Source: Sphingomonadaceae bacterium (GTDB lineage: Bacteria; Chloroflexota; UBA6077). Taken from it: a DNA stretch of 20,000 nt. Positions 1 to 8,400 of this stretch are shown one piece after another. The position numbers and the translations under genes are program-made. Position 1 is the stretch's first letter; each line of letters opens with the position of its first letter. Under the pieces are notes generated by a model. That model ran no database searches, was not told the origin of the DNA, and saw only the letters and a list, made by a program, of their open reading frames with translations. The DNA is taken from the NCBI GenBank assembly GCA_050261575.1, contig JBLNDL010000050.1, positions 55,254-75,253 on the forward strand, given 5' to 3'.

Positions 1-423
1 GAGGCCCTGGATATGCTGCAGGCGATGAACACCGGCCACGATGGCTCCCTCACCACCGGCCACGCCAACTCGCCGCGAGACATCCTCTCCCGCCTCGAGA
101 CCATGGTGCTGATGGCTGGCATGGACCTGCCACTGCGGGCGATCAGGGAGCAGATCGCCTCGGCACTGGACCTGATCATCCAGCAGGCGCGAATGCGGGA
201 CGGCTCTCGCCGCATCACCAACGTCACCGAGGTCCAGGGGATGGAGGGCGACATCATCGTGCTGCAGGACATCTTCGTCTTCGAACAACTGGGGGAGGAC
301 GCGGGGAAGATCATCGGCAGGATAAAGCCCACCGGCATTCGTCCGAAGTTCATGACCAAACTGGAGAATGCGAGCATCCACTTGCCCCCCTCGGTGTTCG
401 GCGTCTCGGACAGGTTCTTCTAG
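1..423 (+). CDS. cpaF: Tad/Flp pilus assembly ATPase CpaF/TadA, C-terminal part (5'-truncated by window)
   Basis: [27 protein letters not shown] (His-box) and RxxDGSRRIT motifs typical of the CpaF family; directly upstream of tadB/tadC. Confidence 0.95.
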   Translation, partial: EALDMLQAMNTGHDGSLTTGHANSPRDILSRLETMVLMAGMDLPLRAIREQIASALDLIIQQARMRDGSRRITNVTEVQGMEGDIIVLQDIFVFEQLGEDAGKIIGRIKPTGIRPKFMTKLENASIHLPPSVFGVSDRFF

Positions 424-432
424 GAGGTCACC

Positions 433-1407
433 GTGCCCTTTCTCCTCAGCTTCGGCGCCTTCTTAGGATTACTGCTGCTTTCGGTGGGGCTGCTGTGGGC
501 TACGCGCCCCGCCCGCAGCCTGATCGACGATCGGCTGTCCCGCTACGGCAGCCGGCAGCCCTCGTGGAGAGAGCTGGTGGAGGCCGACCAGCATCGCCAG
601 CGCAGCGCCCCCCTCACCGAAGCCGTGACCCGGACGGTGGAGAGGGCCGTCGCCAACAGGGGCTTCGCTCAGCAGATAGCCCTCGACCTGGCAAGGGCCA
701 ACCTGAAGCTCACCGTGTCCGAGTACCTGATCATCACCTGCATGCTTGCCCTCGTCACCACCACCATCGCGGCGCTCGTGTCCCGCAGCGTGCCGGTGGG
801 CTGCATCTTCGGCCTCGCCTCCCTCTATCTGCCCAGATGGTACGTCCACTCTCGCGAAAGAAAGAGGGTCGCCGCGTTCAACGCCCAGCTCGGTGACACC
901 ATCGGCATCCTGGCCAACTCCCTGCGCTCCGGGTACAGCCTGCTGCAGGCGATGGAGCTTGTGGCCAGGGAGACGCCGCCACCTATGGGGGAGGAGTTCG
1001 GGAGGGTGGTTCGGGAAGTAGGGCTGGGGCTGACTCCCGAGAGGGCGCTGGAGAACCTAGTGCGCCGCATCAACAGCGACGACCTGGACCTGATGGTGAC
1101 CGCGATGAAGGTGCAGCACGAGGTGGGCGGGAACCTCACCAAGGTCCTCGACTCGATCGGCACCACGATTCGGGAGCGGGTGCGGATCAAAGGGGAGATC
1201 AAAGTGCTCACCGCCCAGCAGTCGATGGCGGGCTACATCATCGCGGGGCTACCCCTGGTGCTCGCCGGAATCCTGCTGCTGCTCAACCCCTCCTACATCC
1301 TGCAACTGTTCACCCCGGGCTGGTTCATCTGCATGCCGTTGGGAAGCGGTCTCGGCATTCTCTTGGGGTTCATCGTCATCCGCAAGATCGTGGCTATCGA
1401 GGTGTAG
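433..1407 (+). CDS. tadB: Tad pilus inner-membrane platform protein TadB (T2SS F-family domain)
   Basis: GGAGG RBS before GTG; LANSLRSGYSLLQAM, EVGGNL..VL..IRER motifs; N- and C-terminal TM helices. Confidence 0.92.
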   Translation: MPFLLSFGAFLGLLLLSVGLLWATRPARSLIDDRLSRYGSRQPSWRELVEADQHRQRSAPLTEAVTRTVERAVANRGFAQQIALDLARANLKLTVSEYLIITCMLALVTTTIAALVSRSVPVGCIFGLASLYLPRWYVHSRERKRVAAFNAQLGDTIGILANSLRSGYSLLQAMELVARETPPPMGEEFGRVVREVGLGLTPERALENLVRRINSDDLDLMVTAMKVQHEVGGNLTKVLDSIGTTIRERVRIKGEIKVLTAQQSMAGYIIAGLPLVLAGILLLLNPSYILQLFTPGWFICMPLGSGLGILLGFIVIRKIVAIEV

Positions 1408-1411
1408 GGAG

Positions 1412-2350
1412 ATGTCTATCCTCCTCGGCGTTCTGGCAGCGCTCGCGATCCTCCTCCTCGTCGTCGGCGCCTGGCTTCCCAAGACCGCGCCAGACCCCAT
1501 CCAGGCCAGGCTCGCGCAGTTCGCTGAAAGGACGAGGAGCCTGGAGGAGATCGAGTTGGAGCAGCCGTTCACGGAGAGGGTTCTTCGCCCCCTGATACTC
1601 CAGATGGCCAGACTCGTGAGCCGCTTCCTCCCGAGGCGGAAGCTCAGGGCCAGCAATGACGCAGGGCTGGGCGGCATCCAGCGGCGGCTCGTCCTGGCGG
1701 GCAGCCCCAACAACCTCAGCGGAAGCGACTTCCTGGGCATCGTAGCCGTGAGCGTCCTCTCCATGGCGGCGTTGCTCTTCCTGCTGATGGGGCTGGCAGG
1801 GGCGGACCCTGTCACCTCGGCCTTGCTGGGGCTGGTGGGAGGGGGCATCGGCTACTACATCCCCACCATCTGGCTGAGCTCGAAGATCGCCGCTCGCCAG
1901 AAGGAGATCCAGAGGGCACTGCCGGACGCTCTGGACCTGCTGGTGATCAGCGTGGAGGCGGGGCTCGGCTTCGACGGGGCGATCCAGAAACTGACGGAGA
2001 AGTCGGACAACGCCCTGTCTCGAGAGTTCCGGCGGGTGCTGGCGGAGATCCGGATGGGGCGAACTCGCAGGGAAGCCCTGAAGGATATGGTCACCCGCAC
2101 CGAGGTGGCCGACCTGAACACCTTCGTGTCGGCCATCATTCAGGCCGATCAGTTGGGCGTCAGCGTGTCCAGGGTTCTCTCCGTTCAGGCGGAGCAGATG
2201 AGGCTGCTCAGAAGGCAGAGGGCGGAGGAGCTGGCGGCGAAGGCCCCGCTGAAGATGCTCTTCCCCATGGTCTTCCTGATCTTCCCATCCATGTTCGTGG
2301 TGATCATGGGGCCCTCGATCCCCAGCCTTCTCGGCGGAGGGGGCTTCTAG
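1412..2350 (+). CDS. tadC: Tad pilus platform protein TadC (T2SS F-family domain)
   Basis: LPDALDLLVISVEAGLGFD, QADQLGVSV and KAPLKMLFPMV motifs; follows tadB. Confidence 0.92.
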   Translation: MSILLGVLAALAILLLVVGAWLPKTAPDPIQARLAQFAERTRSLEEIELEQPFTERVLRPLILQMARLVSRFLPRRKLRASNDAGLGGIQRRLVLAGSPNNLSGSDFLGIVAVSVLSMAALLFLLMGLAGADPVTSALLGLVGGGIGYYIPTIWLSSKIAARQKEIQRALPDALDLLVISVEAGLGFDGAIQKLTEKSDNALSREFRRVLAEIRMGRTRREALKDMVTRTEVADLNTFVSAIIQADQLGVSVSRVLSVQAEQMRLLRRQRAEELAAKAPLKMLFPMVFLIFPSMFVVIMGPSIPSLLGGGGF

Positions 2351-2695
2351 ATGCGAGCGATCAACGTGAGCCAGGGCGTCACCGTTGCGGAGGAGGTTCG
2401 GCATGCGACCACCCTCTGGGAGAGGGCCAGGGGACTCCTCGGGCACAGTGGGCTTCCCGCCGGCGAGGCACTGCTGCTGGACCCCTGCTCGGGCATCCAC
2501 ACCTTCGGCATGGCCTTCCCCATAGATGCCCTCTTCCTCGACAGGGACGGGGTCGTCCTCCACGTCGTGAGGGAGATGGCTCCATGGAGGATGAGCCGCT
2601 ACCTGTTCAGCGCCCGATCGGTGCTGGAATTGCCGGCCGGCACGTTGCGGCGGACAGGAACGGAAATCGGAGACAGGGTGGTCTTCGTGGAGTGA
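2351..2695 (+). CDS. DUF192 family protein
   Basis: ERARGLLG..IHTFGMAFPIDALFLD..VLELPAG..GDRV pattern; abuts the tadC stop codon. Confidence 0.88.
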   Translation: MRAINVSQGVTVAEEVRHATTLWERARGLLGHSGLPAGEALLLDPCSGIHTFGMAFPIDALFLDRDGVVLHVVREMAPWRMSRYLFSARSVLELPAGTLRRTGTEIGDRVVFVE

Positions 2696-2799
2696 CGAAA
2701 CGGCACCTTCCCGCGGCGCCGGCTTGGGGCCTATCCACGGAGATGTCTCGGTGCGCCCAGGACGACGGTACCCACACCTTCACTGTGGCGGAGTCCAAG
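2696..2799. repeat. Degenerate remnant of the 123-bp palindromic element (family A)
   Basis: GAGATGTCTCGGTGCGCCCAGGACGAC (2740-2766) resembles the right arm of the family A core. GTGGCGGAGTCCAAGGAGGG resembles the right end GCGGCAGAGTACTAGGAGGG of the 7325-7447 copy at similar spacing. The left arm is poorly conserved. Confidence 0.5.
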
Positions 2800-2831
2800 G
2801 AGGGGTGCCCGGGAATGGGACCGGAGTCCAG

Positions 2832-3518
2832 ATGAGAATCGATCTCCGCTGGCTGCTGGGGCTGCTCTTCCCCTCCAGATGCGTGGGATGCGGCCTGCGA
2901 GGGGTGGACATCTGCTCTCGATGTCTGTCGGCGATCCGCCCCCTCGATCCTGCCTCCTGTCCGCGCTGCGGCACCCCTTCTCGACTCGGGGGGCTCTGTC
3001 CCGCCTGTCGAGGCTACGAGGGGCCGCTGGCCGGCATCCGGGCGGCCTGCGTCTACGACGGCGTCGCCCGGAAGGCTATCCACAGCTTCAAGTACAGGCA
3101 TCGCCGGATGCTCGCTGGGCCTCTGGCACGACTAGTGGAGGAGGAGTTGCGGCGGAGACCGCTCCACCTGGACCTGCTGGTTCCCGTCCCCCTCCACCCG
3201 AGACGGCTGGCCGAACGGGGCTACAACCAGTCCGCCCTGCTCGCCGCCCACCTGGGGGAACGTCTCTCCGTGCCAGTGGCGGAGCCCTTGGAGCGCAGTC
3301 GGGAGACCACGGCTCAGGCTGGGTTGAAGGCGGCGAGCCGCAGGGCCAACGTGCGCGGCGCCTTTCGGTGCGCTGCTCCGATCGACCTATCGGGCAGGCG
3401 GATCGGGATAGTGGACGACGTCTGCACCACGGGGGCAACCCTGGAGGAATGCGCGCGAGCCCTGCGCGAGGCGGGCTGCGCCTCCGCCTGGGGTGTCGTG
3501 GTAGCCAGGGATCTGTGA
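2832..3518 (+). CDS. comF: ComF family competence protein (zinc ribbon plus phosphoribosyltransferase domain)
   Basis: Four CxxC pairs, VPVPLHxxRxxERGYNQS and VDDVCTTGATL PRT loop. Start placed at ATG 2832 (GGAG upstream) rather than the ORF-track start at 2724, which lies in the repeat remnant. Confidence 0.93.
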   Translation: MRIDLRWLLGLLFPSRCVGCGLRGVDICSRCLSAIRPLDPASCPRCGTPSRLGGLCPACRGYEGPLAGIRAACVYDGVARKAIHSFKYRHRRMLAGPLARLVEEELRRRPLHLDLLVPVPLHPRRLAERGYNQSALLAAHLGERLSVPVAEPLERSRETTAQAGLKAASRRANVRGAFRCAAPIDLSGRRIGIVDDVCTTGATLEECARALREAGCASAWGVVVARDL

Positions 3519-3576
3519 GGAATTCCCAGTGCGTCCCGGAACGCAACTCTGGGGACTCATCGAGAGGTCACAGGAT

Positions 3577-5211
3577 ATGGAGCTTCAGGCCAAAGCCGCT
3601 CGCCACCCACTGGCCGTCACGTGCCAGTGGGTTCCGGTACTCTCCACTTCCACGCTGCTCCAGACGGTGCTGCTGGCGGTGGTCTTTCTCCTCAACTTCT
3701 TTCCGGATACCGATCCCGACCTCTGGTGGCACATGGCCACGGGGCGCTACATCGTCGAGACGGGGAGCGTCCCCACCAGCGACCCCTTCTCCTACACTGC
3801 GACCGGCAAGCCGTGGGTGGCACACGAATGGCTGGCCGAGGCCATCATCTACCTGATCTACCGCTCCGGCGGCTACCTGCCGCTGGTGCTGCTCTTCGGG
3901 GCGATGACCACCCTGGCCTTCGGGTTCACCCTTCGCACCCTGAGGCTGCTGGGCCTGCGGCCGGTGGCCGCCACCTGCGTAACCCTGTGGGTGGCCCTGA
4001 TGTCCCTCTTTTCCTGGGACGTCCGCCCCCAGATCTTCTCCTACCTGCTTTTCGCCGTCTACCTCTACCTCCTGCTGCGGAGCCGGCAGCACGCCGAGCC
4101 GCGGCTCTGGCTCCTGCCGATGCTCATGGCGCTGTGGGTAAACCTGCACGGGGGCTACGTGATGGGGCTGCTGCTGATGGCCGCTTTCCTCGCGGGAGAG
4201 GGGATCAACCGGTGGAAGCCGCCGGCAGCCGGGGCTGGAGACTCGGGGCTCGACCAAGCTGCCTATGGGGAGGCGGGGTCGTCCCCAAGCCCGCATGCGT
4301 TAGGGACGACGCCGGCTTCTCGGTGCCTCGACCCCCACTCCTCGGTCCTCGCCGCTCAGGCCCCGTCGTTGAGGACGTACCTGGCAGTCTTCGCGGCGAC
4401 TGTCGCCGCCACCGTCGTCAATCCACAGGGGCCGGCCATTCTGCTCTACCCCTTCACCTACGCCGGAACCGCGAACGCCTCCATGCGCTTCATCACGGAG
4501 TGGCAGTCGCCCGACTTCCATTACTACTATTTCTTTATCTTCGCCAGCAGCCTGATGGCGCTGATGGTTGCGCCCGCCCGCGGCCGTGCCGACTGGGCGC
4601 TGGCCATCCCTCTCCTGCTGCTCACCGCGATGTCGCTCCAGTCGGTGCGCGTGATCCCCTTCTACGGCATCGGAGCCGCGCCATTCCTGGGCCTCCGCCT
4701 CGCTCCGCACGGGGGCCGGAGCCCGGCCACCACCCCGCCGACGACACCCACCCCCAGGCGGGTTCGGGCCACACGCTGGAACTGGCTGGTACTGCTCCTC
4801 TGCCTGGCCACCATGGGCTCGACCCTTTTCCTGTCCGATCGCACCCAGTGGGGCCCGGAGCCGCGCACCTCGAGCTACCCGGCGGAAGGCGTCAGATACA
4901 TACGCGAATCGGGCCTGCGGGGGAATCTGTTCAACACCTTCCACTGGGGCGGGTTCCTGATCTGGAGCTTCTACCCCGAACGCCGGGTCTTCGTCGACGG
5001 TCGGCCCGACATGTACGGCGACCAGTTCATGGAGGAGTACCAATTGCTCCAGGATGTGCGCCCCGGCTGGAGGGAGCTATTGGACAAGCATCGAGTGGAG
5101 GTGGCCCTCGTCGAGAAAGACGGCCGGACAGCCACCCTGCTCCTGGCGAGCGGCGAGTGGCGGGAGCTGTTCAGAGGCGAGATCGAGAGTGTCCTCGTGA
5201 GGCAGCAGTAG
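3577..5211 (+). CDS. Polytopic membrane protein, putative GT-C-fold glycosyltransferase
   Basis: About 10-12 hydrophobic segments; DxD-containing DTDPDLWWH after TM1; RPQIFS, LWVNLHGG and ITEWQSP motifs; soluble C-terminal domain with VFVDGRPDMY. The CDS is secure, the function is inferred. Start at ATG 3577 is tentative. Confidence 0.65.
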   Translation: MELQAKAARHPLAVTCQWVPVLSTSTLLQTVLLAVVFLLNFFPDTDPDLWWHMATGRYIVETGSVPTSDPFSYTATGKPWVAHEWLAEAIIYLIYRSGGYLPLVLLFGAMTTLAFGFTLRTLRLLGLRPVAATCVTLWVALMSLFSWDVRPQIFSYLLFAVYLYLLLRSRQHAEPRLWLLPMLMALWVNLHGGYVMGLLLMAAFLAGEGINRWKPPAAGAGDSGLDQAAYGEAGSSPSPHALGTTPASRCLDPHSSVLAAQAPSLRTYLAVFAATVAATVVNPQGPAILLYPFTYAGTANASMRFITEWQSPDFHYYYFFIFASSLMALMVAPARGRADWALAIPLLLLTAMSLQSVRVIPFYGIGAAPFLGLRLAPHGGRSPATTPPTTPTPRRVRATRWNWLVLLLCLATMGSTLFLSDRTQWGPEPRTSSYPAEGVRYIRESGLRGNLFNTFHWGGFLIWSFYPERRVFVDGRPDMYGDQFMEEYQLLQDVRPGWRELLDKHRVEVALVEKDGRTATLLLASGEWRELFRGEIESVLVRQQ

Positions 5212-5506
5212 CCCGCGTGGCAGAGGAAGCGCGGGCCGGCGCGGCGCGGCTAGCCCGCCAGGTCACCCTACACCTAACCGCCTCAACCATCGCCCGGTCG
5301 TCGAAGCGCCATCGAACGAGGGGCAGGCGCCGTGAAGGGCTGGTATGCGGCGAGCACTTATTGTAGAATCGAGTCAAAGTTCAGCGCCAGGGCCGGGGTC
5401 ACATGTTCCGGAACTGTGCAGAGTCCGAGACGAAGACATAGAAAGCGGCAGGCACCTAGGGTGCCTGTCTGTGTCTATGCAGGATTTCGCCACAGGGAGG
5501 ACTGCG

Positions 5507-6049
5507 ATGCAAGTGGTGGTAAAGGGCAAGAACATGGAGGTCAGCGAGAAGCTGAGGCGGTTCGTGGAGAACAAGATCCTCAAGCTGGAGCGGGTGCTCC
5601 CCGAGATCGCTGAGGCCGAGGTGGAGCTAACCAACGCCAAGACCAAGAGCGCCGACCACCGGTACGTAGTCCAGGTGACGCTGAAGGCGAACGGGACCCT
5701 GATCCGGGGGGAGCAGGCCGCCGACGACAGCTACACCGCCATGGATGCCGTCCTGGACAAGATCGACAGGCAGATCGCACGCTACAAGACCAAGCGGTTC
5801 GGGGCCTACAACAAGGGCGCCACCGAGGCCAAGGTCGCGACAGCCGCGGTCGATGCGCCCGCCGTCGAGGAGGGCCGGCTCGTTCGAACCAAGCGGTTCG
5901 CCATGAAGCCGATGGATGTGGAGGAGGCCCTCATGCAGATGGAGCTGCTGGGCCACAGCTTCTACGTCTTCAACAACGCCGAATCCGGCCGCGTCAGCGT
6001 AGTCTACAAGAGGAAGGACGGCGACTTCGGGCTGATTGAGCCCGAGTAG
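5507..6049 (+). CDS. hpf: Long-form ribosome hibernation promoting factor (HPF/RaiA)
   Basis: GGGAGG RBS at 5495-5500; VKGKNMEVS..AMDAVLDKIDRQIARYK N-domain; KRFAMKPMDVEEALMQMELLGHSFYVF..VVYKRKDGDFGLIEP C-terminal dimerisation domain. Confidence 0.96.
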   Translation: MQVVVKGKNMEVSEKLRRFVENKILKLERVLPEIAEAEVELTNAKTKSADHRYVVQVTLKANGTLIRGEQAADDSYTAMDAVLDKIDRQIARYKTKRFGAYNKGATEAKVATAAVDAPAVEEGRLVRTKRFAMKPMDVEEALMQMELLGHSFYVFNNAESGRVSVVYKRKDGDFGLIEPE

Positions 6050-6083
6050 CCTTCCCAGATGCTGCATCGCCTCGCGGCACGTG

Positions 6084-6121
6084 GAGGGCCGGGCAGATCG
6101 GTCTGCCCGGCCCTCTCTGTT
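6084..6121 (+). terminator. Probable intrinsic terminator after hpf
   Basis: Perfect 14-bp stem GAGGGCCGGGCAGA-tcgg-TCTGCCCGGCCCTC followed by a weak U-tract (TCTGTT). Confidence 0.65.
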
Positions 6122-6311
6122 CCACATCCGGCGCCGCACTCACCAGGCCCATCGGCTCGGATTCCGGAGCCCACCCGGCAGGACCGGGCGGAAGTCGTCA
6201 GAGGCAACTCACCACCAGACCACGCCAACGCGGCGGGGAACGTGGGCCATCTCCGCATTCCGGTCACTCCGATAGGCAGCCCAACCAGATCCTGCACATT
6301 TGTTCACCGTG

Positions 6312-6341
6312 TTGGCCTTTCCTATTTGGGTATGCTATGAT
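6312..6341 (+). promoter_or_regulatory. Putative sigma70/SigA promoter of the atp operon
   Basis: TTGGCC-18 nt-TATGAT with extended -10 (TGcTATGAT) in an AT-rich patch about 40 nt upstream of gene 1. Confidence 0.65.
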
Positions 6342-6379
6342 TTAGCTTGTCGGTTGGCCTACTTACTCTAGGAAGACCC

Positions 6380-6613
6380 ATGCGGAACTTGAGAGTATGG
6401 CAGGCGGTGGCCGTTGCATCGCAGCTCGGCTTCGTGCTGGCGGCCGCGGTTGCCATCGGTCTGTTCGCGGGGTGGTATCTTGACTCTATCATGTATACCA
6501 GCCCCGTATTCGTTGTTATCGGGGCGCTGATCGGCATGGCCGCCGGGCTGTACAGTTGCGCCCGCATCGTCCGGGACATGCAGCGGAGCGAAAGCGGTCC
6601 CGGCGAGGAGTGA
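6380..6613 (+). CDS. AtpZ/AtpI-like ATP synthase gene 1 protein (2 TM)
   Basis: QLGFVLA..GLFAGWYLD....SPVFVVIGALIGMAAG pattern; first gene of the atp operon; ATG 6380. Confidence 0.85.
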   Translation: MRNLRVWQAVAVASQLGFVLAAAVAIGLFAGWYLDSIMYTSPVFVVIGALIGMAAGLYSCARIVRDMQRSESGPGEE

Positions 6614-6638
6614 GTGGACACGGTAGGCAGGTGGTTGA

Positions 6639-7325
6639 ATGGAGAGTATCCACGTAGAAGCGACCACGCTATTCTTCATAGGGCCTGTGCCGGTGACCAA
6701 CACCATCTTTTCGGCCTGGATCACGATGGGCGTGCTGGTGCTGGGCTCCATCTTGGCGACCCGCCGCATGAGACTGGTGCCTACCGGCTTCCAGAACTTG
6801 GTGGAGTACGTCGTCGAGCTACTGCTGGCGCTTTGCGAGTCCACGGCGGGCAGGCGAGGTCGGCAGTTCCTCCCCTTCGTGGCAACAGCCTTCCTGTTCA
6901 TCCTCTTCTCCAACTGGATGGGGCTGCTTCCGGGGTACGGAGACACCCCCTGGCTGCGATCGGCCAACAGCGACCTGAACGTGACCGCCTCCATGGCTAT
7001 CATCGTCTTCCTACTGGTGCAGGGCTGGGCGCTCAAGGCGCAGGGACCGTGGCGCTACCTGAAGGAGTTCGTCTACCCCAACCCGCTGCACATCCTGGGT
7101 GAGTTGAGCAGGCCGCTGTCGCTGGCGCTGCGGCTCTTCGGTAACATATTCGCGGGCGAGGTGCTGCTCATCACGATGTCGGCCCTCATCCCGCTGGCCG
7201 TACCAACGGTGTTCTTCGGGCTCGAGATCTTCGTAGGCATCGTGCAGGCGATGATCTTCTCGATGCTCACCCTGGTGTTCTTGACCATCGCGACCTTGCA
7301 CCACGGGGGCGAGACCCACCACTAG
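6639..7325 (+). CDS. atpB: ATP synthase F0 subunit a
   Basis: VPTGFQNLVE, ILFSNWMGLLP, RPLSLALRLFGNIFAGE (essential Arg) and QAMIFSML motifs. Confidence 0.97.
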   Translation: MESIHVEATTLFFIGPVPVTNTIFSAWITMGVLVLGSILATRRMRLVPTGFQNLVEYVVELLLALCESTAGRRGRQFLPFVATAFLFILFSNWMGLLPGYGDTPWLRSANSDLNVTASMAIIVFLLVQGWALKAQGPWRYLKEFVYPNPLHILGELSRPLSLALRLFGNIFAGEVLLITMSALIPLAVPTVFFGLEIFVGIVQAMIFSMLTLVFLTIATLHHGGETHH

Positions 7326-7447
7326 TACTGTGTCAACGGGAAGACGGTACGCCCTGTCGTGCCGAGCGAAGCGAAGGATTTCTCCGAGTGAGAGATCCTT
7401 CGTTACCGCTCAGGATGACACCTACCAGGTCCCGTGCGGCAGAGTAC
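7325..7447. mobile_element. 123-bp MITE-like palindromic element, family A, intergenic copy
   Basis: C-TA-[GTACTGTGTC...GGCAGAGTAC]-TA-G: imperfect TIRs with TA duplication. Internal 66-bp palindrome TGTCGTGCCGAGCGAAGCGAAGGATTTCTC...GAGATCCTTCGTTACCGCTCAGGATGACA (7355-7420). Second copy at 18117-18240. Confidence 0.75.
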
Positions 7448-7482
7448 TAGGAGGGCCTCCTGGATGATAAAGAGTGCGTTAG

Positions 7483-7725
<243 letters not shown>

Positions 7726-7732
7726 CGGCTTT

Positions 7733-7809
7733 AAGTAACGAGTGACGAGTCATGAGTGATGAGTATCGTGGAAAGGTACTCATGACTCTTCACTCATGAC
7801 TCATCACTG
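7733..7809. repeat. Inverted heptamer tandem array (GAGTGAT-type)
   Basis: AAGTAAC GAGTGAC GAGTCAT GAGTGAT GAGTATC, a 7-nt loop, then GGTACTC ATGACTC TTCACTC ATGACTC ATCACTG. Confidence 0.9.
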
Positions 7810-7824
7810 ATCTATGGAGGACTC

Positions 7825-8334
7825 GTGGAGGCACTGGAGGCGCTTGGCATCAACCTAACGAGCCTGGCGTTGCACACCTTCAACTTCCTGCTGCTGGTGG
7901 CGCTGCTGACCAAGTTCCTCTACCGGCCCGTGACTCGCCTGCTGGACGAGCGTTCCGCTCGCATCAAGGAGAGCATGGAGCAGGCGGAGGCGGTCAAGGA
8001 GCAGCTCGCTCGCGCCGCGGAGGAGACCAGGCTCCAACTGGAGGCTGCCCGAAAGGAAGGCCAGGCCATCGTGGACCAGGCGAACCAGATCGCGGAGCGG
8101 GTGAAGGCTCAGGCCAGGCAGGAGGCACAGGCCGAGGCCGAGAGGATCGTTGCCAAGGCTAGAACGCAACTGGAGTTGGAGCGGGAGCAGGTCATCGTCG
8201 AGCTTCGACGCGAGATGGCCGACCTGGTGGTATCCGCCACCGGCAAGATCATCGGAGAGTCGCTCGACGATCGAGCTCAGCGCAAGCTGATCGAGGGTTT
8301 TCTGCAGGGAAACGGACAGAAGCTGAACGACTAA
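7825..8334 (+). CDS. atpF: ATP synthase F0 subunit b
   Basis: NFLLLVALLTKFLYRPV..LDERSARIK followed by a long coiled coil; GGAGG RBS. Confidence 0.96.
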   Translation: MEALEALGINLTSLALHTFNFLLLVALLTKFLYRPVTRLLDERSARIKESMEQAEAVKEQLARAAEETRLQLEAARKEGQAIVDQANQIAERVKAQARQEAQAEAERIVAKARTQLELEREQVIVELRREMADLVVSATGKIIGESLDDRAQRKLIEGFLQGNGQKLND

Positions 8335-8336
8335 TC

Positions 8337-8383
8337 GAGTGATGGGTGATCAGCATGGCTCCTCGACTCACAACTCATCACTC
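8337..8383. repeat. Inverted heptamer array (short copy)
   Basis: GAGTGAT GGGTGAT ... TCGACTC ACAACTC ATCACTC. Confidence 0.8.
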
Positions 8384-8400
8384 GTTGCCGAGGAGATAGG

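Noticed and set aside
2724..2831. ORF-track N-terminal extensions of comF (also hpf 5345, atpA 9092, atpD 11684, dehydrogenase 16090)
   Set aside because: The extensions run through repeats or leaders. Downstream starts have RBSs and match family N-termini.
3520..3558. Small hairpin between comF and the membrane protein (CCCAG-TGCGT/ACGCA-CTGGG)
   Set aside because: Imperfect, single copy and without a U-tract; not distinguishable from chance in GC-rich DNA.
5212..5506. raiA motif ncRNA (often found between comF and raiA)
   Set aside because: The conserved blocks I recall for that RNA (e.g. GAUCCACGUAA) are not visible on inspection. An Infernal search would settle it.
6292..6309. Rex-like operator upstream of the atp promoter (CTGCACA-TTTG-TTCACCG)
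   Set aside because: Only a partial TTCAC half-site matches TTGTGAA-N4-TTCACAA; too degenerate.
6036..6340. Small ORFs between hpf and the atp operon
   Set aside because: No RBS, they cross the terminator hairpin and promoter, and the composition is not protein-like.
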